A stretch of 64,000 nt of DNA from Caulobacterales bacterium (GTDB lineage Bacteria > Pseudomonadota > Alphaproteobacteria > Caulobacterales > Aquidulcibacteraceae). This document shows, in pieces, positions 8,948-19,691 of the stretch (the stretch's first letter is position 1; every line of letters starts with the position of its first letter). A program made the position numbers and the translations under genes. The notes below the pieces were generated by a model. It saw only the letters and a list, made by a program, of their open reading frames with translations, was not told where the DNA came from and did not search any database. Location of the stretch: positions 2,908 to 66,907 of the forward strand of contig JBILVS010000002.1 of assembly GCA_044370335.1 (NCBI GenBank), given 5' to 3'.

Positions 8948-11095
8948 TTACTCGGCGAAGCCGCGGTCCCGCATCAGAGCCGACACGTTCGCGTCGCGAC
9001 CGCGGAAGAGGCGGTAGGCTTCGGCCGGATCGCGGCGGTTGCCGGCGGCGAAGACATACTGCGTCAAGCGACCGGCGGTGGCGCGGTCCCAGATGTCGCC
9101 GGTTTCGGTGAAGGCCTCGAAGGCGTCAGCGCTCAGCACGTCCGCCCACATGTAACCGTAGTAGCCCGCGGCGTAGCCGCCGGCGAAGATGTGGCCGAAG
9201 TGGGTGGGGCGGTGGCGGGCGATGATCTCATCGGGCATCCCGAGGCGCACCAGGGTCGCGGCTTCCGTGGCCGCCACATCGAGGCCGGTCGGGTCAGCGA
9301 GGTGCAGGTCCATGTCGATGAAGGCCGAGGCCATGTATTCGACGGTGGAGAAGCCCTGATTGAAGTTCGCCGCCGCCCGGATACGGGCGATCAGCTCGGC
9401 CGGCATGGGCTCGCCGGTTTCATAGTGCCGGGCGAACCGGTTCAGGTTGTCGTCGGAGGCGAAATAGAACTCCAGGATCTGGGAGGGGAACTCCACGTAG
9501 TCGCGCTGCACGCTGGTGCCGGCGAGGTAGCGGTAATTCACGTCCGACAGCAGGCCATGAAGGGCGTGGCCGAACTCGTGGAAGAGGGTGTCGGCGTCAT
9601 CCCAGCTCATCAGCACGGGCTCGCCGGGCGCCGTGGGCGACAGGTTCATCACGTTGACGATCACGGGGGTGACGTCCCCGTCGAGGCGCTCCTGTTCCCG
9701 GAAGGAGTTCATCCAGGCGCCGCTCTGCTTGGTGGGCCGGGCGAAGGGGTCAAAATAGTAAAGCCCGACCAGCTCGCCCGCCCGGTCTCGGACGATGTAG
9801 GCGCGGACGTCGGGGTGATACATCGGCACCTGGGTCGTGGGCTCAAAGGTCAGCCCGAACAGCCGGTTGGCGGTGTCGAACATGCCGGCGATCATGTTGT
9901 CCAGCACGAGATAGGGACGGATCTCCGCCTCGTTCAGGTCGTATTGGGCGGAGCGCACGCGCTCGGCGTAATAGCGCCAATCCCAGGCCTCAAGCTCAAA
10001 CGAGCCGCCTTCCGCGGCGATCTGCTGTTGCAGCATATCGCGCTCGCGCATCGCGGCGCCGCGGGCGTGCGGCCACACCCGATCCAGCAGCGCCACCGCC
10101 CGTTCCGGCGACTGCGCCATGCGGTCGTCGAGCTCATAATGGGCGTAGGTGGGGAAGCCCAAGAGGTTGGCGTATTCGCGCCGCAGGGTGAGCATCCGGT
10201 TGATGGTGGCCCGGTTGTCGAACGCGTTGCCGTTTTCGCCGCGGGCGGCCCAGGCGCGGAAGGCCTGTTCGCGCAGGGCGCGGTTGGAGGAGAAGGTCAG
10301 GAACGGTTCAATGCTGGAGCGTTGCAGAGTGATGACGTGCTCCCCCGGCCGGCCCAGCTGCTCACCGGTGGCGAGGGCGGCGGCGCGCAGGCCCTCGGAC
10401 AGTCCTGCGAGCTCCTCTTCCCGGTTCAAGGTCAAGGTCCAGGCGGCGGTATCGGCGAGCTGGTTCTGAGAGAACTCGGTGGAGAGGGTCGCCAGCTCTT
10501 CGCTGATCGCGGCGAGACGGTTGCGGGCTTCCTCGGGAAGGGCTGCGCCCGCCCGGCTGAACGCCTGGTGATAAAGCGACAAAAGCCGCTGCTGTTCGTC
10601 GTTCAGGCCCAGATTGGCGCGGTTCTGATAGAGGGCGTCGAAGCGGGCGTAGAGATCGGTGTTGAGGTAGATCGCGCTCTGGTGGCGCGCCATCATCGGG
10701 GCCACCTCGCGCTCCACCGCTTGCATGGCTTCGTCGCCGTCAGTGCCGGAGAGGTTATAGAACACGCCCGCCACGCGGCGCAGAAGGGCGCCGGACTTCT
10801 CCATCGCCTCCGCCGTGTTGGAGAACGTGGGCGCGGCGCTGTTGTTGGCGATGGCCTGCACTTCGGCGGTGTGGTCGGCGACCGCCTGCTCAAAGGCCGG
10901 CAGGTAGTGTTCGGTGCGGATTTGGTCGAAGGGGGGCGCGCCGAAAGGCTGGGAGCCCCAATCCTGGAAGAACGGGTTCGGCGCCCGGCGCTCGGCGGTC
11001 ACCGCGGCGGGATCGGTCGCGCTGCTGGTGGTGCAGGCGGCGAGAGGGGCGGCTAGCGCCATCAGACTTACTCCTAGAATCAAAGCGGCGCGCAT
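8948..11095 (-). CDS. dcp: M3-family peptidyl-dipeptidase (Dcp-like), lipoprotein leader
   Basis: Zinc motif HEFGHALHG plus downstream E (EFPSQ). Leader is MRAALILGVSLMALAAPLAAC. About 715 aa, typical of Dcp / oligopeptidase A-type enzymes. Start set at ATG 11095. Confidence 0.85.
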   Translation of the reverse strand: MRAALILGVSLMALAAPLAACTTSSATDPAAVTAERRAPNPFFQDWGSQPFGAPPFDQIRTEHYLPAFEQAVADHTAEVQAIANNSAAPTFSNTAEAMEKSGALLRRVAGVFYNLSGTDGDEAMQAVEREVAPMMARHQSAIYLNTDLYARFDALYQNRANLGLNDEQQRLLSLYHQAFSRAGAALPEEARNRLAAISEELATLSTEFSQNQLADTAAWTLTLNREEELAGLSEGLRAAALATGEQLGRPGEHVITLQRSSIEPFLTFSSNRALREQAFRAWAARGENGNAFDNRATINRMLTLRREYANLLGFPTYAHYELDDRMAQSPERAVALLDRVWPHARGAAMRERDMLQQQIAAEGGSFELEAWDWRYYAERVRSAQYDLNEAEIRPYLVLDNMIAGMFDTANRLFGLTFEPTTQVPMYHPDVRAYIVRDRAGELVGLYYFDPFARPTKQSGAWMNSFREQERLDGDVTPVIVNVMNLSPTAPGEPVLMSWDDADTLFHEFGHALHGLLSDVNYRYLAGTSVQRDYVEFPSQILEFYFASDDNLNRFARHYETGEPMPAELIARIRAAANFNQGFSTVEYMASAFIDMDLHLADPTGLDVAATEAATLVRLGMPDEIIARHRPTHFGHIFAGGYAAGYYGYMWADVLSADAFEAFTETGDIWDRATAGRLTQYVFAAGNRRDPAEAYRLFRGRDANVSALMRDRGFAE

Positions 11096-11190
11096 CGGCG
11101 ACCTCCCCAGGCTTAATCGATAGTCGATAAGAGTCGGCCAAGGTCTTAACGCTTCGCCCCGAAGGATCAACTCAAACGATCAGAACTGGG

Positions 11191-12447
11191 TCACAGGGCG
11201 CGCCGCAAGGTCGCCCATTCTTTGGCGAGGCCCTCTTGGTGGGCCGGATCGGCGATGGCGATCAGCGCCTGCGCTGCGCCGTCCAGCGAAAGGCCCCGCA
11301 GATCAGCCACGCCGTTTTCGGTGACGATCAGGTGGGCAAAGCCCCTCGGCAGGGTCGCCCAGGGTGAGGTCAGCCGGGGCACGATGCGGCTTTCAGCGCC
11401 GGCGGTTGCGGGAAGGGCGATGATGAGGCGTCCGCCTTTGGAAAGCTGCGCGCCCTGGGCGAAGTCCGGCAGGCCGCCGGGTCCCGAGACAAGGCGATCG
11501 CCGATGAACTCGGCGTTGATCTGGCCGAAAAGGTCGACCTGCAGGGCGCTGTTCAGCGCCGTGAAGCGGGGCAGGCGCGCAATGGCATTTGGGTCATGGG
11601 TGTCGCGGACCGCCCGGAACTTGGCCCCCGCCGCGATCAGGCGCTGCGCAAGGGATTCGCCGCCAAGGACCACGCCCGCCGTCAGGGCGGACGCATCGAG
11701 CGCGCCAGCATCCAGCAGGTCGGCCAAGGCGTCATGATAGAGCCCGGAATGGACGCGCAACGCGCGCAGGTCCTTCAGGCTCGCCAGGATTTGTCCCGGA
11801 AGCTTGCCGATGCCGAACTGCAGGCAGTCTCCGTCCTCGATCAGGCCGGCGGCGTTCGCCGCGACCGCGGCCAGGGGGCCTTTCAGCGGCGCATCCGGAG
11901 GCAGCCATCCGATGGGTTCAGAGACAGGAATCAGCGCGTGGAACGCGTCTTCATCGACAATGACGGAGTGATCCGCAGCTGTGGGCGCGGGGAGCGTTTC
12001 GTTCACCAGGGCGACAGGGATATTTGCAGCGAGGGCGGCGGGGCCGGCGTCGGCGGCGACGCCAAAGCTATAGCGGCCTTTGCCTAAGGGGGCGACCACC
12101 GCCACGCGCACCGCGGTCGCGCCGGGGGCCTCAAGCGCCTCAAACAGGCGGCGATAGCTGTTGGGAAAGGGGTCGATTCGACCGGCCTCGAAGCCTGATC
12201 GCAGGCCAGCGCTCAAAAGCGGGGTCTGCATCCGGGCGCCGGGATGGAGGGCTGAGTAGTCCTTCTCGTTGACGCCCGGAATAAAAAGCCCGGTGAAAAC
12301 CGCGCCCTCGCAGGCCTGCGGATCAGCTTTAAGAGCCTCATAAAGGGCGGTCGAAGCGACCAATCCGGAAGGAACCTGAACCCGCCGCCCCGGCGGGCCT
12401 TGGGCGATCAAACCGACCAGGTCTTCAAGGGTCGCCTTGTGGGCCAT
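11191..12447 (-). CDS. Acetyl-CoA hydrolase/transferase-family protein (4-hydroxybutyrate CoA-transferase-like)
   Basis: Family motif ...NSALQVDLFGQINAEFIGDRLVSGPGGLPDFAQGA... Start is MAHKATLEDL at 12447. The 768-aa track ORF extends further only because it reads through two tRNA genes. Confidence 0.75.
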   Translation of the reverse strand: MAHKATLEDLVGLIAQGPPGRRVQVPSGLVASTALYEALKADPQACEGAVFTGLFIPGVNEKDYSALHPGARMQTPLLSAGLRSGFEAGRIDPFPNSYRRLFEALEAPGATAVRVAVVAPLGKGRYSFGVAADAGPAALAANIPVALVNETLPAPTAADHSVIVDEDAFHALIPVSEPIGWLPPDAPLKGPLAAVAANAAGLIEDGDCLQFGIGKLPGQILASLKDLRALRVHSGLYHDALADLLDAGALDASALTAGVVLGGESLAQRLIAAGAKFRAVRDTHDPNAIARLPRFTALNSALQVDLFGQINAEFIGDRLVSGPGGLPDFAQGAQLSKGGRLIIALPATAGAESRIVPRLTSPWATLPRGFAHLIVTENGVADLRGLSLDGAAQALIAIADPAHQEGLAKEWATLRRAL

Positions 12448-12479
12448 GAACGCCGCCCCCTTGTTCGGCAGGGCTTTGA

Positions 12480-12554
12480 TGGTGGGCGGTGAGGGGATCG
12501 AACCCCCGACCCGCAGTGTGTAAAACTGCCGCTCTACCGCTGAGCTAACCGCCC
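12480..12554 (-). tRNA. tRNA-Val (anticodon TAC), CCA encoded
   Basis: Reverse complement is GGGCGGTTAGCTCAGCGGTAGAGCGGCAGTTTTACACACTGCGGGTCGGGGGTTCGATCCCCTCACCGCCCACCA. It folds by hand as a 7/4/5/5 cloverleaf with anticodon loop TTTACAC and T-loop TTCGATC. Confidence 0.9.
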
Positions 12555-12624
12555 GATTGGGAGGCTGGGGTGTAGCGGAGGCGCGAGCCTGGGGAAAGGG
12601 GCGCCTGTTCACCATTTCTGTCTC

Positions 12625-12653
12625 TTGACCGGGGGGCGGGGGTGGCGTATCCG
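12625..12653 (+). promoter_or_regulatory. Candidate sigma70-type promoter for tRNA-Asp
   Basis: TTGACC (12625-12630), 17-nt spacer, TATCCG (12648-12653). The -10 element ends 16 nt before the mature tRNA 5' end. Confidence 0.35.
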
Positions 12654-12669
12654 CACTGCTCCCTGATGC

Positions 12670-12746
12670 GCGGGTGTAGCTCAGTTGGTTAGAGTGTCGG
12701 CCTGTCACGCCGAAGGTCGCGGGTTCGAGCCCCGTCACTCGCGCCA
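12670..12746 (+). tRNA. tRNA-Asp (anticodon GTC), CCA encoded
   Basis: GCGGGTGTAGCTCAGTTGGTTAGAGTGTCGGCCTGTCACGCCGAAGGTCGCGGGTTCGAGCCCCGTCACTCGCGCCA. Cloverleaf folds by hand, anticodon loop CTGTCAC, T-loop TTCGAGC. Confidence 0.9.
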
Positions 12747-12825
12747 GGGATTTTAAGCGGTGGGACCGCGGCCTAGCGTCGGCGATGTATCCGACCGGCT
12801 TTAGACTTCCCCTCACACTGGGCGC

Positions 12826-13422
12826 ATGTCTCCTGCGCCGACCTTCAATGACTGGAAAGCCTTGCGCAGCGCCCTGCTGGGGTTGATCGCGGCCGGCGTG
12901 ACGGGGCAGCCGAAGGCGTTTCTCAGGGCCGTGCGGGAAGCCAAGGCGGCGGCGCTTTTGCTTTTGTTCGCGCTGGCGCGGTCGCTGTGGCCTGAGGACG
13001 AAACGGACAGTCCGCCCGGGTGGAAGCCATATGAGCCGCCGGGTGCCAGTCGTTTGGGCGGCCTGCGCCTCACGACCTCCGAAGACGCCTGGCGCAATCC
13101 GCCGGCAGTTGTTCTTCGCTTGGAAAAGCGGGCCGCCGCCACTCCGCCACCGGTGAAGGCTGAACCCGATCCCACGCGCCTTAATCAGCGCGTGACCGAT
13201 GCTTTTCAGGCGCTGCAGCGGCTTTTGTCCCTGTGCGACGATCCCGAAGCCCACGCGGCGCGGCTGCGGCGGCGGCTTGATTGGATCGACGACGCTTTGA
13301 CCGTGGCGGAGGCGAAAGCCTTCGGCGTCCAGGCCTGGGCGCAGGCCCGGCGCAACCGCGAGGCAAGGCGCTTGATCGACCAAGCATGGCGCGGACGGCG
13401 GCAGCGCCGCGAGAGCGGCTAA
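12826..13422 (+). CDS. Hypothetical protein (198 aa), no family recognised
   Basis: ATG-initiated ORF with high third-position GC by eye. One hydrophobic segment (AAALLLLFALARSLW), a Pro-rich linker and an Arg-rich helical C-terminus. Confidence 0.45.
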   Translation: MSPAPTFNDWKALRSALLGLIAAGVTGQPKAFLRAVREAKAAALLLLFALARSLWPEDETDSPPGWKPYEPPGASRLGGLRLTTSEDAWRNPPAVVLRLEKRAAATPPPVKAEPDPTRLNQRVTDAFQALQRLLSLCDDPEAHAARLRRRLDWIDDALTVAEAKAFGVQAWAQARRNREARRLIDQAWRGRRQRRESG

Positions 13423-13469
13423 ACAGCTTTTAGAATCAAGAGCTGCAGCGGGTTTGACGGATTGCGCCG

Positions 13470-14684
<1,215 letters not shown>

Positions 14685-14718
14685 GGGCGAGGTCCTTTGG
14701 GCCTAATCGAAAAAGACT

Positions 14719-15498
14719 CTATTCGAAACGAGGGCTGCGCTTCTGTTGAAAAGCGGCGAAGCCCTCCTGAAAGTCCCCCCCGGAAAAGGCTGAGGCGAAG
14801 AGGGCGCGAGAGGCGTCGTCGTCTTCGGTCTGGCCTTCCCGCAGGCGCGCCACGATCGCCTTTGTGGCCTTGGCGGAAAAGGACGAGGCATGGGCGAGGG
14901 CGTCGACATAGGCTTGCGTTTCCCCCGCCAGGGCCTCGGCCGACACGACCCGGTCGACAAGGCCCAGCCGGTGGGCCTCAGCGGCGTCCATCAGACGTCC
15001 GGAGAACAGGATGTCCTTGGCCGCCGAGAGACCCACAGCCTGGACGAGCCGGCGGGTGTCGCCGACGCCATAGACCAAGCCGAGCTTGGCGGGCGTGATC
15101 CCAAACCGGGCGGTCGAGGCGGCAAAGCGCAGGTCGCAGCAGAGCGCGAGCCCGCAGCCGCCGCCGACGCAGGCGCCCTCGATCATCGCGAGGGTGGGGA
15201 GGGGGAAGCTCTCAAGGGCGGTCATCGCCGCTTGGATGCGCATGTGATTCGCCAGGGCGGCTTCGGCGGTGGCGTAGGTGGTTTCGAACTCGGCGATGTC
15301 GGCGCCGGCGGCGAAAACGCCGCCCTCGCCCCGGACCACCAGCGCGCGAGCGCCCTGCATCTGGACTGCCTGCGCCAACAGCTCAGGAATGGCGTCCCAC
15401 ATGGCCAGAGTGAGGGCGTTCTTTTTCGCAGGCCTGTTCAAGGTGAGAAAAATGACCGCCCCGGCCTTTGTTAAGTGAATATCCGTGCTGGCGCTCAC
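14719..15498 (-). CDS. Enoyl-CoA hydratase/isomerase (crotonase) family protein
   Basis: Crotonase motifs FLTLNRPAKKNALT, FAAGADI, IEGACVGGGCGLALCCDLRFA. 34 nt downstream of it on the same strand is the CoA-transferase gene. Confidence 0.85.
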   Translation of the reverse strand: MSASTDIHLTKAGAVIFLTLNRPAKKNALTLAMWDAIPELLAQAVQMQGARALVVRGEGGVFAAGADIAEFETTYATAEAALANHMRIQAAMTALESFPLPTLAMIEGACVGGGCGLALCCDLRFAASTARFGITPAKLGLVYGVGDTRRLVQAVGLSAAKDILFSGRLMDAAEAHRLGLVDRVVSAEALAGETQAYVDALAHASSFSAKATKAIVARLREGQTEDDDASRALFASAFSGGDFQEGFAAFQQKRSPRFE

Positions 15499-15669
15499 CG
15501 CTCACCGTCTCCATATGCGGCCTACACCATGAGACGGATTGCGGCACGGCGCAAACGCCTCAGTTGACCGGTTGCTTGGCGCTGCGGGCAGGTTTAAGCG
15601 TGCGCGAGCGTCAAGGCAGCGGCCCAAGGGGCGGTGGCTTGCGCCCTTGGTTTGGCGAAGGGTTGTCCC

Positions 15670-16041
15670 GTGGAACTGTCCGGACTGTGGTTGGAGTATC
15701 TGCCGGTTCTGATCCTGTTGGCGCTGGCCACGGTGATCGGCGGGGCCTTCATGCTCGCCGCCTGGGTGCTCGCGCCCAAGGACGCCAACAAGGAAAAAGT
15801 GTCCGCCTACGAGTGCGGATTTAACGCCTTCGACGACGCCCGAATGAAGTTCGACGTGCGGTTCTACCTCGTGTCGATCCTCTTCATCATCTTCGACCTG
15901 GAAGTGGCGTTCCTGTTTCCTTGGATTTTCGAGATCAACGAAGGGAACATCTTCGCCTTCTGGTCGATGATGGGCTTCCTGGGCGTTTTGACGATCGGCT
16001 TTATTTACGAGTGGCGCAAAGGCGCCCTCGAGTGGGAATGA
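15670..16041 (+). CDS. nuoA: NADH-quinone oxidoreductase subunit A
   Basis: [12 protein letters not shown]...[43 protein letters not shown]. Start uncertain: GTG 15670 gives a typical 123 aa, while the track ORF starts at GTG 15634. Confidence 0.85.
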   Translation: MELSGLWLEYLPVLILLALATVIGGAFMLAAWVLAPKDANKEKVSAYECGFNAFDDARMKFDVRFYLVSILFIIFDLEVAFLFPWIFEINEGNIFAFWSMMGFLGVLTIGFIYEWRKGALEWE

Positions 16042-16057
16042 GTGAGGAGCAGGCATC

Positions 16058-16624
16058 ATGGCGAAGGACGCAGTTCCTGCGCTGAGCGCGGCGCGGGCCG
16101 GCGTTGAGGGGGGCTATCCGGTCCGGGAGGACGATCCGTTCTTCACGGGGCTTTCCAACCAATTGGCCGACAAAGGCTTTCTGGTCGCGGCGGCGGATGA
16201 CCTCATCACCTGGGCCCGGACGGGCAGCCTGATGTGGATGACCTTCGGGCTCGCCTGCTGCGCGGTCGAGATGATGCAGGCCGCCATGCCGCGGTATGAC
16301 TTGGAGCGCTTCGGCTTTGCGCCCCGGGCCAGCCCGCGCCAATCCGACGTCATGATCGTGGCCGGCACGCTCACCAATAAAATGGCTCCGGCGCTGCGCA
16401 AGGTTTACGACCAGATGCCAGAGCCGCGCTACGTCATCTCCATGGGCAGCTGCGCCAATGGCGGCGGCTATTACCACTATAGCTATGCGGTGGTTCGGGG
16501 CTGCGACCGGGTGGTTCCCGTTGACATCTATATCCCCGGCTGCCCGCCGACCGCGGAAGCGCTGGTGTACGGCGTCCTGCAGCTGCAGCGGAAAATCCGC
16601 CGGGAAGGGAACATCGAACGATGA
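16058..16624 (+). CDS. nuoB: NADH-quinone oxidoreductase subunit B
   Basis: [25 protein letters not shown] and IPGCPP cluster-N2 motifs. Confidence 0.95.
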   Translation: MAKDAVPALSAARAGVEGGYPVREDDPFFTGLSNQLADKGFLVAAADDLITWARTGSLMWMTFGLACCAVEMMQAAMPRYDLERFGFAPRASPRQSDVMIVAGTLTNKMAPALRKVYDQMPEPRYVISMGSCANGGGYYHYSYAVVRGCDRVVPVDIYIPGCPPTAEALVYGVLQLQRKIRREGNIER

Positions 16625-17256
16625 GCGACACCCCTGTTGCGCCTTCGCCTTTAACTGATCTGGCAGCCCATATCGCAGGGGGCGCCACGGGTTTCGTCGC
16701 AGGCTACGCGGTGGCGCTGGACGAACTGACGGTGACGGCCCCTGCGGAGACCATCGTTCCGCTGCTGACGTTTCTGCGGGATGACCCGCGCTGCCTATTC
16801 ACCACGCTGATCGATATCTGCGGGGTCGATTATCCGGCGCGGCCGAAGCGGTTTGATGTCGTCTATCACCTGTTGTCGATGCGCAAAAACCAGCGCATCC
16901 GGGTGAAGGTGCAGGCCGACGACGTGACGCCCGTGCCATCAGTCGCCGGGGTCTTCCCGGTGGCTGACTGGTATGAGCGGGAAGCCTTTGACATGTACGG
17001 TGTCCTGTTTTCAGGCCATCCGGACCTGCGTCGCCTGCTGACCGATTACGGCTTTGAGGGCTACCCCTTGCGCAAGGAATTCCCGCTCACGGGCTATGTC
17101 GAGGTTCGCTACGACCCCGAGCAGGAGCGGGTGGTTTACGAGCCGGTGAAGCTTACCGCGGCCTATCGCAATTTCGATTTCTTAAGCCCCTGGGAAGGCA
17201 TGCAGACCGTGATCCCGGGCGATGAAAAAGCCACGAAGGGCCGAGCCGATGGCTGA
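16621..17256 (+). CDS. nuoC: NADH-quinone oxidoreductase subunit C
   Basis: 30-kDa subunit motifs: [47 protein letters not shown] overlap with the nuoB stop codon. Confidence 0.95.
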   Translation: MSDTPVAPSPLTDLAAHIAGGATGFVAGYAVALDELTVTAPAETIVPLLTFLRDDPRCLFTTLIDICGVDYPARPKRFDVVYHLLSMRKNQRIRVKVQADDVTPVPSVAGVFPVADWYEREAFDMYGVLFSGHPDLRRLLTDYGFEGYPLRKEFPLTGYVEVRYDPEQERVVYEPVKLTAAYRNFDFLSPWEGMQTVIPGDEKATKGRADG

Positions 17257-18466
17257 CGACCTGACCTCCGCTCCGGCCCCCTTTCCCGGTGACGAAAAGC
17301 GCACCTTTACGATCAATTTCGGCCCCCAGCACCCGGCCGCGCACGGGGTGCTGCGCCTCGTGCTGGAACTTGACGGGGAAATCGTGGAGCGGGTCGATCC
17401 GCACGTGGGCCTGCTTCACCGTGGCACCGAAAAGCTGATCGAATACAAGACCTACCTGCAGGCGATGCCGTATTTCGACCGGCTCGATTACGTCGCTCCG
17501 ATGAACCAGGAGCACGCCTTCTGCCTCGTGCAGGAAAAGCTTCTGGGTCTTGAGGTCCCCCGCCGGGCGCAGATCATCCGAGTGCTCTTCTCCGAGATCG
17601 GCCGGATCCTGTCGCACCTGTTGAACGTGACCACTCAGGCCATGGACGTGGGGGCTCTTACCCCGCCGCTCTGGGGCTTTGAGGAGCGCGAAAAACTCAT
17701 GGTGTTTTACGAGCGGGCGTCCGGGTCACGGATGCACGCGGCGTATTTCCGCTGTGGCGGGGTTCACCAGGACCTACCCGAAAAGCTCATCGACGATATC
17801 GATGCCTGGTGCGATCCCTTCCCGAAGGCGCTCGACGACATCGAGGGCCTCCTCACCGACAACCGCATTTTCAAACAGCGCAACGTCGATATCGGCGTGG
17901 TCAGCGCCCAGGACGCGCTGGATTGGGGCTATTCCGGTGTCATGGTCCGGGGCTCAGGGATGGCGTGGGATCTGCGCCGAGCGCAGCCTTATGAGATCTA
18001 CAGCGAGCTCGATTTCAAAATCCCCGTCGGCAAGAACGGGGACTGCTACGACCGCTATCTCTGCCGGGTGGAAGAAATGCGGGAGAGCGCCAAGATCATG
18101 AAGCAGTGCGTGGCTCTGCTGCGCAAAGCGGACGGCTTGGTGCTCCCGGAACGCTCCAAGGTCGCCCCGCCTCGCCGGGGCGAGATGAAGCAGTCGATGG
18201 AAGCGCTTATCCATCACTTCAAGCTCTACACTGAAGGCTACCACGTGCCGGCCGGCGAGGCCTACGCCGCGGTCGAAGCGCCGAAGGGCGAGTTCGGCGT
18301 CTATCTGGTCGCGGACGGCACGAACCGGCCCTATCGCTGCAAGATCCGGGCGCCCGGATTTCCACATTTGGCGTCGTTGGATTATCTCTGCCGCGGCCAT
18401 ATGCTGGCGGACGTCTCGGCGGTCCTGGGTTCACTCGACATCGTGTTCGGCGAAATCGACCGCTGA
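17249..18466 (+). CDS. nuoD: NADH-quinone oxidoreductase subunit D
   Basis: [29 protein letters not shown]-terminal [13 protein letters not shown]. Start at ATG 17249, overlapping nuoC by 8 nt. Confidence 0.95.
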   Translation: MADDLTSAPAPFPGDEKRTFTINFGPQHPAAHGVLRLVLELDGEIVERVDPHVGLLHRGTEKLIEYKTYLQAMPYFDRLDYVAPMNQEHAFCLVQEKLLGLEVPRRAQIIRVLFSEIGRILSHLLNVTTQAMDVGALTPPLWGFEEREKLMVFYERASGSRMHAAYFRCGGVHQDLPEKLIDDIDAWCDPFPKALDDIEGLLTDNRIFKQRNVDIGVVSAQDALDWGYSGVMVRGSGMAWDLRRAQPYEIYSELDFKIPVGKNGDCYDRYLCRVEEMRESAKIMKQCVALLRKADGLVLPERSKVAPPRRGEMKQSMEALIHHFKLYTEGYHVPAGEAYAAVEAPKGEFGVYLVADGTNRPYRCKIRAPGFPHLASLDYLCRGHMLADVSAVLGSLDIVFGEIDR

Positions 18467-18489
18467 TCGCCAGGAGGTAAGGGCGCGCT

Positions 18490-18892
18490 TTGCTCCTCTG
18501 GATCGAACTGGGCGTCGCCGCCTTGCTGATGCTGATCGCGGTCGGCGTCACCTTCCTGTTCAAGCCCGAGCACATGGCGCCCAATCCTTTGGTCGGGCGG
18601 GCGGGCGTGGGCCTGCAGGCAGGGCCTCGTGCTCGGCGCCTTGATCGTATCCGTCCTTGTGCCGTTCCGGATCGCCGTTATGAACGTTCGCGCCCCGTCG
18701 CCGGAGGCATCCTTCGCGCTGTTGCCGGCGTTTGCCTCACTGATCATCGTCCGGAGCGGGCTTCTGGCCAGAGCGCCGTTCTTCGGATGCTTCATCCGCG
18801 CCTACAGGCGGGCGATCCTGCGCTGGCAGATCGGGCGGGCCGAACAGACGCTCGTTCGGATCGACGCCCCTGAGAAGAAGGCAGAGCTATGA
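18490..18892 (+). pseudogene. Small multi-TM membrane protein URF, apparently frameshifted
   Basis: High GC3 and a clean TM helix occur in frame 1 from 18490 to about 18620. High GC3 and TM-like segments occur in frame 2 from 18629 to 18892. The remainder of frame 1 is Arg-rich with low GC3. The span is 403 nt (3n+1). The frame-2 stop overlaps the next gene's ATG (ATGA at 18889-18892). Confidence 0.4.
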
Positions 18893-19347
18893 CCCCGGTT
18901 TTTCCCGAACAACGCTTCAGCGTGCTGACCCTCGGCGTCAAGGACCGGGCCGCCCTGACGCGGTTTTACACCGAGGTGTTGGGCTTTAAGCGCATGGACG
19001 CGCCGGGCATCAGCTTTTTCAACCTCGGCGGGATCGTGTTGGGCCTTTGGGAGCGAGAGAAGCTGGCTGAAGACGCAGGCCAGCCCTTGGGGCCGGAGCA
19101 TAAGGACTTCAAGGGCTTTGCGCTCGCCTATAACGCGCGCTCTGCGGAAGAGGTGGACGCCATTTTCGCCCGCCTCGGCGAAGCAGGGGCGTGGATCACG
19201 ACGCCGCCGCACAAGGCCTTCTGGGGCGGCTATATGGGCTATTTCGCCGATCCTGAGGGCAACGCCTGGGAGGTGGCCTATAACCCGTTCTGGCCGATTG
19301 GCGACGATGGCCGGCTTCAAATCCCTGCTTCGGAACCGAAACCATGA
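18889..19347 (+). CDS. VOC (glyoxalase/bleomycin-resistance/dioxygenase) family protein
   Basis: 152 aa with VLTLGVKDRAALTRFYTEVLGF...YFADPEGNAWEVAYNP, the typical paired beta-alpha-beta-beta-beta signature. ATGA overlaps on both sides. Confidence 0.75.
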   Translation: MTPVFPEQRFSVLTLGVKDRAALTRFYTEVLGFKRMDAPGISFFNLGGIVLGLWEREKLAEDAGQPLGPEHKDFKGFALAYNARSAEEVDAIFARLGEAGAWITTPPHKAFWGGYMGYFADPEGNAWEVAYNPFWPIGDDGRLQIPASEPKP

Positions 19348-19679
19348 CTGATCGCCTCGCCCTCACTGCAGCCCAGCTTGACGCCTATAACGCCCAGGAC
19401 CTGGACGCTCATTGCGCCTGCTTCGCCGATGACGTCGTGGTGGCGAACGTGGGCGAAGAGCCGAACCTGCGTGGCATCGAAGCCTATCGGGAGCGCTATG
19501 CGGGGCTTTTTGCGCAATACCCGCAGAACCGTGCGGAAGCCCTGACGCGCTCTGTGATCGGGGAAAAGGTCATCGACCACGAACGCGTCTGGCGCAGCCC
19601 GGATGCGGCGCCGTTTGAGGTGCTGGCGATCTACAGCTTCCGGGACGGCAAAATCGCGCGTGTGGATTTTGTGCGGTGA
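19344..19679 (+). CDS. SnoaL-like / NTF2-fold (steroid delta-isomerase-like) protein
   Basis: 111 aa with the pattern LDAYNAQDLDAHCACFADDVVV...VLAIYSFRDGKIARVDFV, typical of small NTF2-superfamily proteins. Confidence 0.6.
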   Translation: MTDRLALTAAQLDAYNAQDLDAHCACFADDVVVANVGEEPNLRGIEAYRERYAGLFAQYPQNRAEALTRSVIGEKVIDHERVWRSPDAAPFEVLAIYSFRDGKIARVDFVR

Positions 19680-19691
19680 GGGCGGCGCGCT

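Noticed and set aside
8942-11056. 704-aa plus-strand ORF antisense to dcp. Similar long shadow ORFs occur at 7296-8795, 6098-7030, 26911-28062, 31983-33107, 33578-34732, 38305-39576, 50016-51008, 50864-51847 and 58647-59609.
   Set aside because: All lie opposite genes with unmistakable family motifs. Their translations are Arg/Gly/Pro/His-rich low-complexity strings with no motifs. Long antisense ORFs are expected in DNA of about 67% GC.
12450-12830. tRNA pair as the boundary of a genomic island or mobile element
   Set aside because: There is no integrase, transposase or direct repeat of a tRNA 3' end, and no compositional break visible on either side. The flanking genes are ordinary acyl-CoA metabolism genes.
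18490-18873. 127-aa ORF taken at face value as an intact CDS
   Set aside because: Beyond about codon 45 it is Arg-rich with low third-position GC. The overlapping frame has coding-like GC3 and couples to the next gene, so I treat it as a frameshifted gene rather than an intact one.
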